Shown: positions 42,065 to 56,175 of the stretch, in pieces | Numbering within the stretch: the stretch's first letter is position 1 | How the letters are laid out: each line of letters starts with the position of its first letter | Source of the DNA: Balanoglossus misakiensis | Lineage: Eukaryota > Animalia > Hemichordata | Assembly: GCA_040954595.2 (NCBI GenBank) | Contig: CM082578.2 | Location: forward strand, 8,169,519-8,233,518 | DNA length: 64,000 nucleotides | Direction: 5' to 3' | Made by a program: the position numbers and the translations under genes | The notes under the pieces: model-generated | The model's input: the letters and a program-made list of their open reading frames with translations, nothing else | Told to the model about the DNA's origin: nothing | Databases searched by the model: none

Positions 42065-45000
42065 CTATTTCCACTTTCTCTTCTGCAGAACATAAATTTT
42101 CTCCGCTCGGTTGATGACTAATTGTTTCTTCACCCTGTCAAACTTGAGGCCGCTGAAACCCCTCACAAGAAGTAAAATCTGGTGAGTTTCACTGTAAGGT
42201 GCCAACTCCTGTGAGTCGTCCCACGCTGCACCGATCATCAGATGTGTAAAACGCTCCGTGTCTTTGCTGCCCGGGACGACATCCTCTGTCTTGTTGTATC
42301 TGTAGACAAAGAAGCATACTGCATTTATATTTTGCAATTTAATCAAGCAGGGTACACATGCGTCATGTTCAATTTTTGCAATCTTAAATAGGTTTTTGCT
42401 ACCTAGGCGAGTGGTGGACATCTCATATGGTCGACACAATTTCAAGATGGCCGATTTTTGCATGAAGTAAAAACCTATTTAAGGTAGCACGAATTGCCAT
42501 TCTTCATGTTCATGCCAAATCTCATTGAGACAAGGTTGACCAAATGTAAAGTGCGGGAAGACAGTTGATAGGGGTCTTCCTTCTGGTAAGGGCCCTGCTC
42601 AAGGACCCTGTCCCATCCCATTTATAATGAATTTACAAATAAGGTTTACAGTTGAACAAAATCATTGACATGGCATTCCCCTTTAAAGGCAGTATGACAC
42701 ACTTTCTCTTTCCAAACATAGAAACATGAAACCTAATGACACAAAATGACCAGCTTGTAACGAGACACAATGCTTCAGACTGTGTCCTTCACTTTTAATA
42801 CCATCTTTACTGCCGTTAATAGTCTGTGGCTCTGATAATATCTCTTTGGCGTTTACTGCAAATTAACAAAACGCTGAAACGTGCCACACCAATTACAACA
42901 GTCACACAACCTTTAACCCCTTTCACCATCATGGTTCAGTCCAAACCAATTGTTTTCTATGTGCAAGGTATTTGTAAAGTGTCCGTTCCTGCCTTGCTTG
43001 AATGAGTTAACATGAAGGCAGTCTATTTGATTACGTCATCATTTGAATAATCACTGGGTTATGAATACCAATTAACATACGCGACGATGATGAGGACTCT
43101 AGGGTATAAGTCGACAACCCCCAAATAGGTATGCCTCTGATTGGTCATTTCTGAGCCACGCCACCTGGGTGCTGTTGCCATGGATACATTGGGTACGCAT
43201 AGTACGAGAAGGCACAGACATTTTAGGAATATGGACATGCTAAGAATACAAGGCAGGTACATATAATTAGTGGTAAGTCCATAACTTACATCCAGTGCGG
43301 GTTGATTTGCATAAATCTTGACACGCCCGTCTGTGCAGTTGCCACGTCGATATGAACGTGTACTGGACCTGTCACAAAACAATACAAGGATGTCAAATAA
43401 AACCAGTGTCAGAATAAATACTGATTCTAGCCCTCCTTTGACTAACTTGTACACTGTAGAAAGTGGTAAGTGTACTGCATGAAAGAAATGCCTGTACTTA
43501 GTATTGCACTGGTGTATTTTGATGCCATGGTCAGGGACTGCAGTCTGACAATACATCTTTAATAAACATTGATTAAATGCCTTACCCATAATCACATACT
43601 GTTGACCAAATATGCAGTGAGATAGGCCAATGAATCTTGTGTTTCTAGCATATGAGGACAACCCAGTATTATAAATGAGTACCTGATGTATCTTCCATTG
43701 TTCGATGCAGTCTCCACAATGCTACACCCCCAGGATAGTTGATACTGGACACGTACAGAAAACCTGATGTCATCGCAATGTTCACGGCAAAATGTCCAAC
43801 CACGCCAATTGCAAGGACTTTGTAGAGATATGACTTATGGAAGTTGTTAAAACTGTTGGAACATGAAATATTCTTAAGTTAAAAAATAAATCAACATATT
43901 TGAAGATGCATATTACTACATACATGTATACTTTTATCCAGACTTTTTCTAAATTTTAAAATTTTCTTTCAAAATGTAAGAACAAATGTTTAAAGAAAGG
44001 GTCTTTGTAAAGGTAGTCATTTTCCAAAAGAAACTTCTCTCAACACATATTGATAACTATAGGGCGTGATTGAATAAAAGAACAGTTGATCTTTTGACTA
44101 GCTATACTCACACAGCAGTCACGGCCCTTGCAGCCGCCGTGTTCAGCAACGGGAAGACGTAGATGATGAACCTCAGCTCTTTGTGAGGCAGAAAAGAGTA
44201 GAGGAACACAAAGCCGACAGCCGGAAGGACAAGAGTCCTCGCACGGACATCAAGGAGTGCACCGACAGGTACGAGAAACACAGTGGCACCAAGAGCTTTT
44301 GGGATGGCCGAATAGAAATACCACAGAAATGGTGATGTCTGGTGACGACTGAGTCAAAGAATATTCAACATAATTCATGTTTATATGTATAATCTTTTCT
44401 ATACTGAAGTTTTTCTCTGAGCTGTGATTATAATCTCACCAGTGAAGTCTGAAAGGAAAGACTTTTCTTTAACCCTTTCACCGCCATGGTTCAGTCCATG
44501 CAAATCCATTGTTTTCTATGGTAAGGTTGGACCTCTGTATAGGGAACTGGGGGTGAAAGGGTTAAGTAGTCCTTAGGAGGATAAACCTTCTGTAATATTA
44601 GATGGCATGCCAGAAAAATTTCTATATGCCACCCAAGGAAGTGAAACTAGATGGCATGACCTGATTTCTTACAGAATGGACTGAAAATGACATGAACGTG
44701 TGCCGCATGGTGACGGTTCTAAAAGCATACAAATTCAAAAACAAGAACACACACAAACAGGAAACAGGAAATTCACAGACAATCCGGTGGAATATGAATG
44801 CTGGGATACATGAAGTGATGACTACGCACATCATAGCAGTAAAGGATACTCCCCAATTGGAGCTCTTGTTCAGCACTGTGTTGTACCAGAGCACTTCACC
44901 CTCTGGCCAGAGCAATCTCTGCCAGAACACAGAGTCGATGGCAATGCTGAGACCTGTCGAAGAGAAAGCGTTGCATTTGAAAATAAGAGTGCATAAAACC

Positions 45001-47617
45001 TTCTATCAGCTGCACATAACATCCATCATGATAATCAGTGTGCCCTCTAACAAACATAATTTTTGAGTCAATTTGAGGATTTCTAAAAATTTCTCTGAGT
45101 CAGCCCTACAGCTTTGCTTGTAGTGTGGATAATTCTCTTGAGTCACCAGTGAGTTTGTTGAGTCAGTGGCTCAAGGGGCTCACTGTTGGTAAAAGAGCAA
45201 ATCTGAGTCTGTCATATGGTGTTTATAACGTATACATACACTTTCATTTTCAGATGTTGTTCTCCTATGAGAGCAAATTCAATTATTTTATGTAGGTTAA
45301 CCATATTCCTCGCTCCTCAGAGACCTTTCTGCTAAATGGGACCTATCTGCCCGACTCATCAGAGCAGAGAATAATTAAGCAATACATGTACTTCATGGAT
45401 ATCGACTATTCTCCTATGAATTTTTGATGTTTTCTGAAGCCCTGATTAAATTTGCTTTCATAGATATTAGACTTGCCTCTGATGAATATTCTCCCGCAAG
45501 AAAAAAAACAAGAAATCCAAAAGAACTGTAGAAGAATGACCTCTCTATACTATAGGGCTAGGTACATGTAAGCAAATACAGCCAGGAGAGGGCAGGGTTG
45601 ATCTAAACGCCACAGTCTGTGAATTGGAGCACACTGACCTCTAGGAGGAATGTCTGTCTGTTCTAGTTTACCTAAGCTGAAGATACCAGCGGGAATTCCA
45701 TACTGCAGTAACTTAATAAAACCCAGTCTCCTCGACGCAAGCTCCATGAGTAGCAGAATTCCCATCAGGATGGCCAGTTCCGATCGGAACACGAGGATGG
45801 CAAACGCAGACAGCCAAATGAATGAAGCGTGGTTCTGCAGCAGCCATGCCCTCAGGGCTAACAACACTGAAAAGAATATTGAACAAATATTTCAAAAGTT
45901 GTTTTTTTATGTGACCATAAAACAGGGAAAAGAGGGGAACAGCAAAAACTTTGTAAAGAAGCTTACAGAATTATTTTTCTCAGATGAGGTAGAAATAACC
46001 GTTTCATCTGAACTAATCATGACATGAACAGTCATAGAAATAGACCATACTCAAGTGAGCTGTACAGTTAAATGTAATTTTACACTTGGCAGAAGCCAAT
46101 AAATGTTGAATAAGAATTGCCGTCTTTGATAAATGCCGCTTTGGAATTTGATGGACTGATATTAACAGCATGGGCATCTATCAACCTTGGAAACATCCAA
46201 TGTTTGAGAAAAATCATTTTCCAGCTATATATGAAATTAATTTCAACCTTCAAGACAAGAATATTGCTCTGTATAAAAGCATTATTCCTTTTATTTTATA
46301 CACAGTATTCATTCACAAACACTGATACTCACCTAAACTAAGAGCAAAAACATTAGGAAGAGGTCGGCTGATGTAGAACATGAAATGAAACTGTGTCACA
46401 GACAACAGCAGCAGATATTGAGCCACGTTCTCCCCAAGTTTCTTTTTCACAGCTTGTTGGAATCTGAGATACGAGTAGATAACGGACAGTCCCAGAACAC
46501 CACGAACTAGAATATAAAACAGAGAAATCACTTAGTCAATATAGTAACAACTAATGGAGCCTTCCATACCACTGCAAGTGGCTAACTTTTTGAGGTATTT
46601 CTTTCACATTCGTATGTGACAGTCTGTATACATGGAATTGCTTGTGATCAGCCATCATGGTCGCTGTGTACAATGTGCTGTCTTGTCATCAAGAATCAAG
46701 AAATCCAAGTGCCCCTTTAAACTCAATTTAACTCTCTTTTTAATGCACTTTCACTCTTACTGTTTACCAGAAATCCACATAAGATGCTTATATTTATTCA
46801 CAGTCCCCACAGAAACTGTGATTTATTATTTGACTGTTGGGATCAAACAGCAATACATTTGTTACAAAGCACAAGTTATTTTTCCAACTTACCAACATAC
46901 TGCGAATAAGCCTTGGAGTATCCCAGCACAGACAAAAGAGCCACCAATGGGGAAGATAGCACGGATATGAACAACGGACCAATGAAAGTCCTCGGTACTA
47001 CTCCAGGGAACTCCAGGTGGTCATACTACAAAGTTTAAGTGTAGGAGATTCAGAATACACATAGCACCTAACTGTACTACCATTAATACCACTATACCAT
47101 GGGGGTGGGGGGTTGATCAGTGATGTGCTGACATCAGCAGATGGGAGTATAGTTCAAGGTTCAGTGAAGTTTCACAGGACCCTAGCCTAGGAAATGAGTC
47201 CATACAAGCCACAACGCAACAGGTTTGCTTGAGTGTGACGGGAGGAACCCAAGTTGCAGTCTTCACTGCAGCTTAGCAAGATTTGACCGGAATCACATTA
47301 AAAGCTAGAATAAACCAAATCCCTGCAGAAACACAGCTTTGAACTGACAGGTCAGATTACAAAAATGACCCACAATGCTACAATGAAGAGCCTGTTCAGA
47401 CATGCCACAAAGTAAAGTTCCATTTCCACAACTATAAATGCCGCAAAAACCAAGACGATTGCTAGAAAAAAAGTGTCCCTCTTACCTGAGTTATGTTTGT
47501 TCGGTGGTACAGAATGTCATGCATAGCTTGAAGATTGAAGCCTTCTTCCACCTTGGTGTAGGGACAGATTACCAAGTGAACAGCGCCAACAATCAGAACA
47601 AGTGTTTCCAGTATCAT
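42065..47617 (-). CDS. ALG12: Dol-P-Man:Man7GlcNAc2-PP-Dol alpha-1,6-mannosyltransferase (482 aa)
   Basis: Exons 47617-47486 ([21 protein letters not shown]), 47025-46893 ([17 protein letters not shown]), 46506-46333 ([18 protein letters not shown]), 45866-45672 (VFRSEL), 44953-44850 ([30 protein letters not shown]), 44338-44112 ([34 protein letters not shown]), 43852-43683 (NYPGGVA), 43368-43290 ([15 protein letters not shown]), 42299-42065. C-terminal KRKWK fits a KxKxx ER-retrieval signal. Confidence 0.95.
42913..42968 (+). mobile_element. Truncated copy of the ~90-bp TTAA/CCC (piggyBac-like) MITE
   Basis: ttaacccctttcaccatcatggttcagtccaaaccaattgttttctat matches the left half of the 44469-44565 copy. 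Confidence 0.65.
44339..44849 (-). other. ALG12: U12-type (minor spliceosome) GT-AG intron of ALG12
   Basis: Donor gga|GTATCCTTT; branch-site-like TTCTTTGAC (44361-44353) about 15 nt before CAG; no polypyrimidine tract. Confidence 0.85.
44469..44565 (+). mobile_element. Complete 89-bp piggyBac-like MITE with TTAA target-site duplication
   Basis: TTAA|ccctttcacc ... ggtgaaaggg|TTAA; relatives at 42913, 56082 and 61196. Confidence 0.8.
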
Positions 47618-48899
47618 GATGATTGGTGACAACAGCTACAGTTTTTATCTGAAACAAAACAGTTGTGAACCGTGAATGGGATAATTCTCTGTAGGACCAC
47701 GATCCTTGTTTCTTGAAAGTTCAAGTCAATGTTCAATGAAGCAACACTTTTTCCCCAAAAATGTTTTCTTCAAAACTGACTAAATTTCAAGCGCCCCTCT
47801 TCAAAGATGTTCACTTTCAAGAAACCCAATTGTTAAAGGCGTAAGTTGTGTCCACATTTTTTCTCGATTGTGCAATTTGATTGATCAATGAGCAATGCAA
47901 GAAAAAACTAAATTGTCATAGAAGCTTGTTGCATGGTAGATTTCTAAGGTTATTTTTGCGCAATAAAATATGGTGCACAACACCAGAAAGCTTTTCATTT
48001 CATTGTTTGTATCTTTCAGAGCCAATTGAAAACACTTTCCTTTGTCCACCACACTTTCCTCAATCACAACCATTCAATATCACAGAAGTCCAAAACAATA
48101 CGTTAGTAGCTTGTATGCATAAAATTGAAATTTTTAAAAGCACTGACTCTATCACCATTATGTCTGGCAACCCACACAGCCCGTGTTCAATAGAACAATT
48201 GGCAGCTACACTGATTGGTGCAACTGGTCAGTCTTTTATTGAATTTTCCAATTTGGTAGTGTGCGTCACACAATTATATTTGCTTGCTGGTGACTGTGAA
48301 ATTTACATTGCATTGTGTAGTAATCAATATTTTACAAAGCAGTAGGTTTAAATTTCCGTACATAATGAATATACGTCACTGGGTATTTCTTAGCTTGTAT
48401 AAAGTAAATAAAATGTGCATGTTGCTCATATTGGGGCATTCCATTGGAAAGGTTAAATTTGTTATAAAATATTAGAATGTGGGTATTCAATATGACCATG
48501 GGTACATTGACCATAGCTACAATCATTGCAGCTACATTGACCACTGCTATACTAGTTGAGCAACTCCCCCCCCCCCCCCCCATCGGTACAGCTGCGTTAC
48601 CACAGCTGTACATGCTGTAGCTGAGCGAGACCCTAGACAGAAGTGGGCGTGGTCACAGGTGGGCGTGGCAGGCAGCATCATTGCATTTACAACCTGGAGA
48701 ATCGAGGTATACTAGTGCCGCGGCCGATCGCGCAGCGTTCGTGTCTCGCGCCTGTGGTCTCGCCAGAGTCATACAAACGAAAGACCGCCAAGCAAACCCT
48801 ACATAGTTGGGTGTACTCGGACCCCATATGAACGAAACGTGAAATGAATGACAATCTATTTTATGATGAGGCTGTGCTGCAGGCATTTAACGATCACAC

Positions 48900-49267
48900 C
48901 ACTCGCTCAACATTTTGCGCATGATTAACACTGAAAAGGTCCCTTACTTTTGAAATAATTGCTCCTATGGAGAGTCTTAGATGTTACGTGCGCCAGAAAA
49001 AAACTACTACACGTTGAAAACCCCTACTGCTACTTGCGCTCTCCAGCTCAAGGGCGCAGCCATTTTACTTAACTAAAATGAGCATGCGCTGTAGGTCTTA
49101 CGATAAAAGGAGTTATTTGGTTGGAGCAAAATAGTTAGATCCGATAGATTTGCCCAATCGACAATCGGCTTACATAGACCTGAATGTGCCATGAGAAAGC
49201 AGACAGGGTAATAACCTTGTGCGGGTTGATGTGTTCAGAGTGATACCCAATTTCTTTTGACCCGTCA
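48900..49267. promoter_or_regulatory. Probable bidirectional promoter of ALG12 (-) and CCDC51 (+)
   Basis: Head-to-head genes. CpG-rich stretch with YY1-like gcagccatttt (~49057) and NRF1-like tgcgcatg/gcatgcgc (~48916, ~49082). A minus-strand donor at 48947 and acceptor at 47649 suggest a non-coding first exon of ALG12. Confidence 0.55.
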
Positions 49268-50815
49268 ATGGTTTTCGCCCCACGTTTTCCGGTGAGAATA
49301 GGAAGCTTCCCAGGGAGCGGTGAGAGAATTATGTCAAGAAAAATGGGATCCCTGATCCGAAAGTTTGACATGAAAAAATTGGTGTACGTGCCAGTGAATA
49401 AAGTTCCTAGCATAACAGGCAATGTCGACTTTGACGCCAGATTGAATAAACTGACCGGTGGCAGGATAGAACAGTGGGTAGAGAAATACGAACACTTCCT
49501 TGGTATCACAGAAATTCGAGAAGCACAGTTCAAGGTCACAGAGGTGAGTATTTAACATAACATTTTAATTACTACAGTATTTGGATATCGACTATCCGTG
49601 GTACCGACGTGGTCTGGACCGGGCAACGTGCACGTGTGTACTTCTGTCATGACAGATACATATTAAACAGAAGCAAATACAGCAGCCCCTCACCTCTTTG
49701 GGTATGCACGATTGCAGTTTAATATACTCCAGAGCAAGATAGCATATGGCCTAGTTTTGACAAATTCAGTTCATTGTAAAAACAACAGCTGTGAAACGAA
49801 CGCGTTGTGTGACGTTGTAAGTTTGCATTTTTTTAGTTTGAAGAATAAAACCTCATTAAGTTACTCATTAATTTATTTCTACACACAGGCTCAAAAAGCA
49901 TTTGATGATGTTCGTAAATTGGTCCGAACTTCATCAGATGAACTTGAGAATCTCCAGGCTGAACTCAGGACATTGCGGACTAAAATCGAACGAATCCCCA
50001 GGGAAGACAGGAGGTATCTTGAGTTGGCGACGGAAGAGCATAGACTCTTGCAGATGGAGAAGCACGTCAAAGACTGGCAGAAGAAAATTGGCGAGGACGA
50101 GAGAAATTCATTTGAACACCTGACCGTGGCAGTGAGAGAGAGCCACGAGAAAGAGCGAGCCAGGGCGGAACGTACCAAGTACTGGTCCATCATCGGATCG
50201 GTGACCGGAACTGTGATCGGTGTGTTTGGGTCCACGCTCATCACCAGGTACAGGATGAACGAGATCCGTAACTTGCTGGAAGAAGCTAAAAGTAGCAGCG
50301 AGACGACAGCAGCAGAAGCTGCTGTTACTCCGACTGCTGCTGCTGAAGTCACCACTGCTGCAGCCCCTGCAGTAGCGGTGACGGGTGGCGGCCTGTCAGA
50401 CAAGGATGTGGAGAAACTGGGGGGTAAACTGGAGGAAATGCAGGGTTTTGTCAAAGAGCTGAAGACGGCGATATCGGAAAACGACATAAGCAAACTCGCA
50501 GGCGCCATTGACGGCGTCAAGCAGGTGCAAGGTGAAGGGTTCAGCAAGTTGGAAAAAGACTTGGAGAAGAAGTTTTCAAATCAGGAAAGGGCTCTCTCGC
50601 AGGAACTCAGAGGAGTGAAGAAGCTGTTGGCGGCGCAAACGATTGAAACCACCAACGGTTCTGGAGTCACCAGAGCCAGGCTGTTAGAGGAACTTCTCGA
50701 CAATACGGAAGAAAAACTAGAGTGGCAGATGAAAATGAGTACTCTCTCAACCGTTGTGTTCATCTATGGAGCATTTGCACTCACCCTACCAATTCTGTAC
50801 AGTATTTTTAAATAG
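49268..50815 (+). CDS. CCDC51: Coiled-coil domain-containing protein 51 / mitochondrial potassium channel MITOK (~400 aa)
   Basis: Exons 49268-49543 (YEHFLGITEIREAQFKVTE|gt) and 49889-50815 (YLELATEEHRLLQ, AVRESHEKERARAERTKYWSIIGSVTGTVIGVFGST, C-terminal TM STVVFIYGAFALTLPILYSIFK). The start codon could alternatively be 49331. Confidence 0.9.
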
Positions 50816-51983
50816 GAAAACTATGCTAAATAATTACGCAACTCAGTCAGTGTGTATGCATGTGCTATCCTGGCACCTGGCCTTTTAATGAAAGCCAAAT
50901 TGAGTGAGTCGCCAAGAAGGTAACAGTGTCCCGTGATGTTGCCATTGCAAGGAATCAGTAGAGGAGTCTTTCTTCGTGTTACAAGGGGGCTGGTGTTAAT
51001 GCACTTTATAGCGTGATTGCAGTTTAGTACTTACCAGACCGAGATGGTATCTGTACAGTTTACATGCCTGTGACACATATAAGCTATGGGGAACATCCTC
51101 CTTATGATGCCATCTTTTTCTGGGGAATACTAAACTGATATCATGTCTATTTTATCACAGTCCCTCTATGACAGTGATGGAGGGACTGTGATTTTATCAA
51201 TAATACGTTGTGTCATAATGTCTGGCGGATGATCACAGTTCGGCATAATTCTCTTAGCAACCATGGAGTTACTGTATGATTTGTGTACCGTAATGCAACT
51301 TCAACTCATCAGCAAGCACAATTTTGTGCGTGTGTTTTCTCAGCTACAAAAGCAAGGAGAAATTGAATATTGAGACAGCTTCCAATGTGTGAATATTATG
51401 ATGCCAATTGTTGCTCAGTTGTTGAGCCCTGGAAGAGGTTTCTATCATTATGTCTCACTGGGACCCAGAATTAATTTAGTGCCAATGCTGAACAGCTATT
51501 TGAATTAAATTTAAGACAGATATTGATTAGAGATCAATAAAATGATGTTGTGCCACATTTAGGTCTGGTAAAACTGACAATGTTGTAGAGGCAGTATATT
51601 CTACAAAAACCAAGGATGAATAGTTTAAGCATGTCTGAGTGTATAGTGTATATGCATATTATTATGCACAAAATTTTCGGTATTTGAGTTTAATGCATTC
51701 TCTACATGTCAAAGTATGTATGTGGAGTAGCATTGTGTAGTAAACAAGATAACAAACATCAGCTTTGCTTCATTGGCAGAAATTTGCTGATTGCAAAACT
51801 AAGCAATAAGTTTCTATTTACAGACCTATGAGAAAAACTTCATACATACCGTACATGCCCACAAAACTCTAGAACACTGAAGGGACGCAAACCTCCCACC
51901 TGCGGCTGTAGGTGTATCTCTCAAAGGACACATTAGCTAGCAAGGCAAACATAAAGTGCAACTTTTACAATGTTATATTGCAC

Positions 51984-52298
51984 ATTATATTATACCAGTA
52001 TATTGATGGTGTAAATCACACTATTTGATTGGTCGAGACACGACACGTGACCATGATATATTAGCCATATACCACAGTCATATATCATAGTTAAAGAAAA
52101 TGCCTTTTTAAAATGTTTTATGCAAAGTTTCAATATACTGGCATAATATAATAGCAATAAAACACCCCCAGCCATGGTATACCACTCGATTTTGACAAGT
52201 TCAACTCCATATACGCACTCGCTATCGCTCGTGCGTATATGTCGTGAACTGGTCAAAATCTCGTGATATACCATGGCTGGGGGTGTTTTATTGCTTAA
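51984..52298. mobile_element. 315-bp hairpin element, copy 3
   Basis: About 3 substitutions relative to copy 2; identical termini and length. Confidence 0.9.
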
Positions 52299-55200
52299 TT
52301 AAGTGTCTTTACTTTTCACCACATCCTCATGTTACTTTGATATGAAATGGTCGGCAAAGTCTCCCTTACCTGGAACTGTGCCAGCGATGTCTTAACAAAC
52401 AGAAAATCTGCACATGTGGCAGCCAGACAACTGTTTCCCTTTCAATGAAGAAACGAGTACGGTAGCTAGTCAAAGTGACCAACCGCTGTTCACAAGTTTG
52501 AATAGAAAAAACAATTATTGCTCTGATGATGATGACTAAGCCAATGCATTTTCTCTGCTCAGGTTAATAACTCGTGTTTTTCCAAAACCATAAGAAAAAA
52601 AAAAGAAAACTCTGATTTACATTTTGCTATTGGGCTAAACTTCGTTTTAAATTTCATTTTTGCTCTGTGACAAGGATGATACATGAATTTCCTCCATCTA
52701 GTGGTCCCTCCCTAGTAGTTTTATCTAGAAAGAATAAAATAATATGGATAACATGTAATGTTATGTAATGACAATTTAATGTTTATGTTACAGTGTGCAT
52801 GGAGCTGATACATAGGTTTTCCCGGAAATGAATTAATGAAAACAATACATGCAATTGATTTAGCTGCATCCAGCTGGACTTATTACAACTAAATGACATG
52901 TTACGTCAACAACAGCGGTTTAAGGGTTTACAATTTCTTTAATAGACCATAGACCCTGGATCTCTAGGGTCTATGCAGGCAGCATATTTTCAAATGCCTG
53001 GGGTCTTTGAATTGATGAAATATTCATGAGTATCTTTAATAACTATGGTGTTGTCTGATCAATATTGCATTACAGCGCGAATGTGGAATTAACTAATGAG
53101 CCCATTATGATAAAACAGTAACCTTGCATTCTTGAATTAATCATCTAAACGAGCATGTTTTAAGTTTTTATCTTCCAAGACAGTATTATTCACTGTCGTG
53201 TTTATAGCAGTCATCACAGCCACCTCTTCAGTTCAATGTGCATTCCAGACTATTGTAACTGAGACAGTCTTTTGATGGTTAATGGAGTTGTTCCGGTCAA
53301 TTTAAGGTGTGTTGTATATCATGAGTGCTGTCGGTGTTCAGCAGGGAATGTCGTGGATCTGATGATAGCAGACACATTAACATGTCGGTGAATGATGATT
53401 TAATGCTTGTTGACATGCAACTGCTAAAATCCACACTATAAATGGACTCCCAGGTGGCAATGATAGACCTGTAAATCGACTGTGTACAGGTAGATCATGA
53501 CGAGCTTGTAAACTCAAAGTGACAGTGGTAAAGTGGCAAAGCTGAGATTGTGATGGTTGTAATGTTAATCCATAATGACAGTGGACGTTTTAAGACAGTC
53601 AACCCGTTTGTATTACACAAAATGTACATATGCAAGGTGATGAAATCAGTACTCGTAGCAGATATGGAAACAGAATGATCTTTTCATCACTGATTGAATT
53701 CCATTCATTTATTTCATTAACTCCATGCACAAGGAAAAAATGCCTGATTTTGAACAAATACACGTACACACACTTGTTGAGGGAGCATTGCAGTGCTGTC
53801 TATTAATGTCCATATTCCCCCTTGCTTTTTTAACAGAATCGTGCATTCTAACATAGCCTCAACTGTAATTACCACCCAAACAATAATTAATACAGGTGCT
53901 TATTTTTGACTAATTGATGCTGCAGGTCTCGATTTGAATCCCATAAAAATTTGAAAAAAACCCACTTTGCTGATTCATGGAGATTCTGCCAGCAATGCCA
54001 CTGAGGGCGCTGGTTCCATTGTAGCCTAACCGGTACTTTGAATTGTCAAATAAATGTACGAAACAGAAGTTGCTCATAAAGTTATGTTTAGGCATTTCCC
54101 TTCAATGTTAGTGACAATGCATTATAATTCTGGAATTTCCTAGTACCGGGAGGTATTATATAAGTATTTTGACCTGAGTGTGTAAAGAGTGGCTTGCATG
54201 CAGCTAAAGTACGGTAATCCTATTATAGCAATACAATATGGATATATTCTACCTGCAGTATATCACAAATGCCATCATTTGACCATATGTTATTATTGAG
54301 GAAAAAACAGTAGTATTTAAAAAAAAAAGAAAAAAAGACCAGACAGAGTTTCAATATTGTCAAGCTTTTAGAGACTTTGTTTATTCAGAATCTTCTGTTT
54401 TCGTCGTCATGGTTTTAATCATGTGGGGGCTTTTCCAAGGATTACACCTGGAATCGAAATTTTTTAAACACTTTGCATTGCAACAATGAGAAGTAAAATG
54501 TGGCTTTGGTGACAGAAGGCAAAATTTTTCAGTGCGCTCATTTTATCCATGCCAAATAGTTTGTGTAATTTACATGTACATCATTTTTCAATGTAAATTC
54601 TGTTAGTAGAAATATAGAGTCAAAATTTCTTCCTGAGGAAAAAGAAACTGTGAAAAGGCAATTTCTAAACCCCTTTATAGGCTTTATATCACTTTTTAAC
54701 TTTCAAAATGAACATTTTGTGGTTATTTATCATTCAACATTGAATCCTGCAATTTTGAAGTGGCGCCCTCACAGTTTTGTCCGGCAACTTCAGGTCTTCC
54801 TTATTATAATATTCATAGTAGGTCTACACGGTCATTGGTTGATTGTTATAGAGACAAGCAGATAACCATGATAACGTATTTCTGCTTGTTATGAAAATTT
54901 GATTTGAACAGAAAATCAGTGTTTTGCAAATTTATCTAAATGGAATGGGAAAAAATAAGCTATTCATGAAAAGATAGTTGACAGATTTTCAACTGTTTGA
55001 AATCTGACAAAGTAGGATTTCAGCATGCATGACTTTCTCAAATTATGATCAGGTTGCCATCTTTGCAAAGTCAGTTTTATAGTATTTTGTTACATTGTTC
55101 CCGGAGCTATAGAACTCAACGCAGCACCAAAATAGACCGTGACAGCTGAGCCTGCAGCCAGAAAACCCTATATCTATATCCATCCATCCATCCGTCTGTC

Positions 55201-56081
55201 CACCCATCCATGTTCACTTTAATTGCTCTGTACCATTCCCATGAATCAATGTGTTGAAAGCATTACTCCCCAGGCCACTGCTTATTGGAAAATATAAATA
55301 ATCCTGTGACAATAAATTAAGTCTTGCTGGAACTTGAAGGGCTTCATGGACAGAAAGAGAAATTCATTAAAAGATTTTTTTTCATTTGCTCTGTGCGTAA
55401 TTACACTCAAATATTTATTTTCTGGCCCTGAGCATGTCAGTACAGGCATATTTCCCTTAGGGTGTGTGTGCTGTGAGTTGGAAATTTGTTGTCATTATTA
55501 TTGTATAATTAACGTTTAGAAAATGATTTTTAGCAAGTCTCATTATTCTTAAATGGCTATATATCAAAATGTGCATATTGTAATCGTTGGAGATTTTTCG
55601 TACATTTGAAAGACTGGCTAAAAGATCAATTTCTAGAGCTGTCAACCTCTGACAAATGGACCAACTGTGACATGATATTTTTTAACCCTTTAGATAAAAA
55701 TAGACCATGCCACATGCGAGCAAGCTGGTCGGCTGGGGTGTGTGTGCTTTTGTGGTATTTTGAGCTCACCTATGCCCCGCATGCAAACACAGACAACACT
55801 TGTCTCCTTCTTGTTGTCAGCGACAAACATCACAACTTGTCACAATGCATTGTATTTCCAACGCCATCCCACCTGAGCTCTCTGGCTGAGTACACAGTGC
55901 AGAACTATTTTTAAATGCTTACATACTAAAAATAAAGATTTTGATTGATAGATAATTTTCAAATCACGCTTCAAAACTGCCAATTCTGACGGCATTGTGA
56001 AGTGTCTCCATAGTTCATATATATATCAGTGCATGGTGGGTGTGCGAAACTCTGATCACAATAGACCTGCACCACGATTCC

Positions 56082-56175
56082 TAAACCCTTTTCACCCCCA
56101 CTTCAATCGATACAGGTCCCACTTAACCATCGAAAATAATGGATTTGGACCGAACCATGGTGGCGAAAAGGTTAA
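56082..56175 (-). mobile_element. Diverged copy of the ~90-bp piggyBac-like MITE
   Basis: cccttttcacccc...ggatttggaccgaaccatggtggcgaaaaggttaa, reverse-oriented relative of the 44469 copy. Confidence 0.65.

Noticed and set aside
43059-43661. 200-aa minus-strand ORF inside ALG12
   Set aside because: Mostly intronic and overlaps ALG12 exon 8 in a different frame; no protein-like features.
49891-50547. 218-aa antisense ORF, and similar antisense ORFs over MON2 3731-4309
   Set aside because: Shadow ORFs on the opposite strand of GC-rich coding exons.
51154-51192. Hairpin downstream of CCDC51 with CAGTGA in the loop (IRE-like) and ATGA..GA (SECIS-like)
   Set aside because: The 5-bp upper stem needed for an IRE does not pair, helix II is far too short for a SECIS, and there is no in-frame UGA in CCDC51.
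52948-52975. 28-bp hairpin catagaccct..agggtctatg
   Set aside because: Too short, and single in this window, to assign a function.
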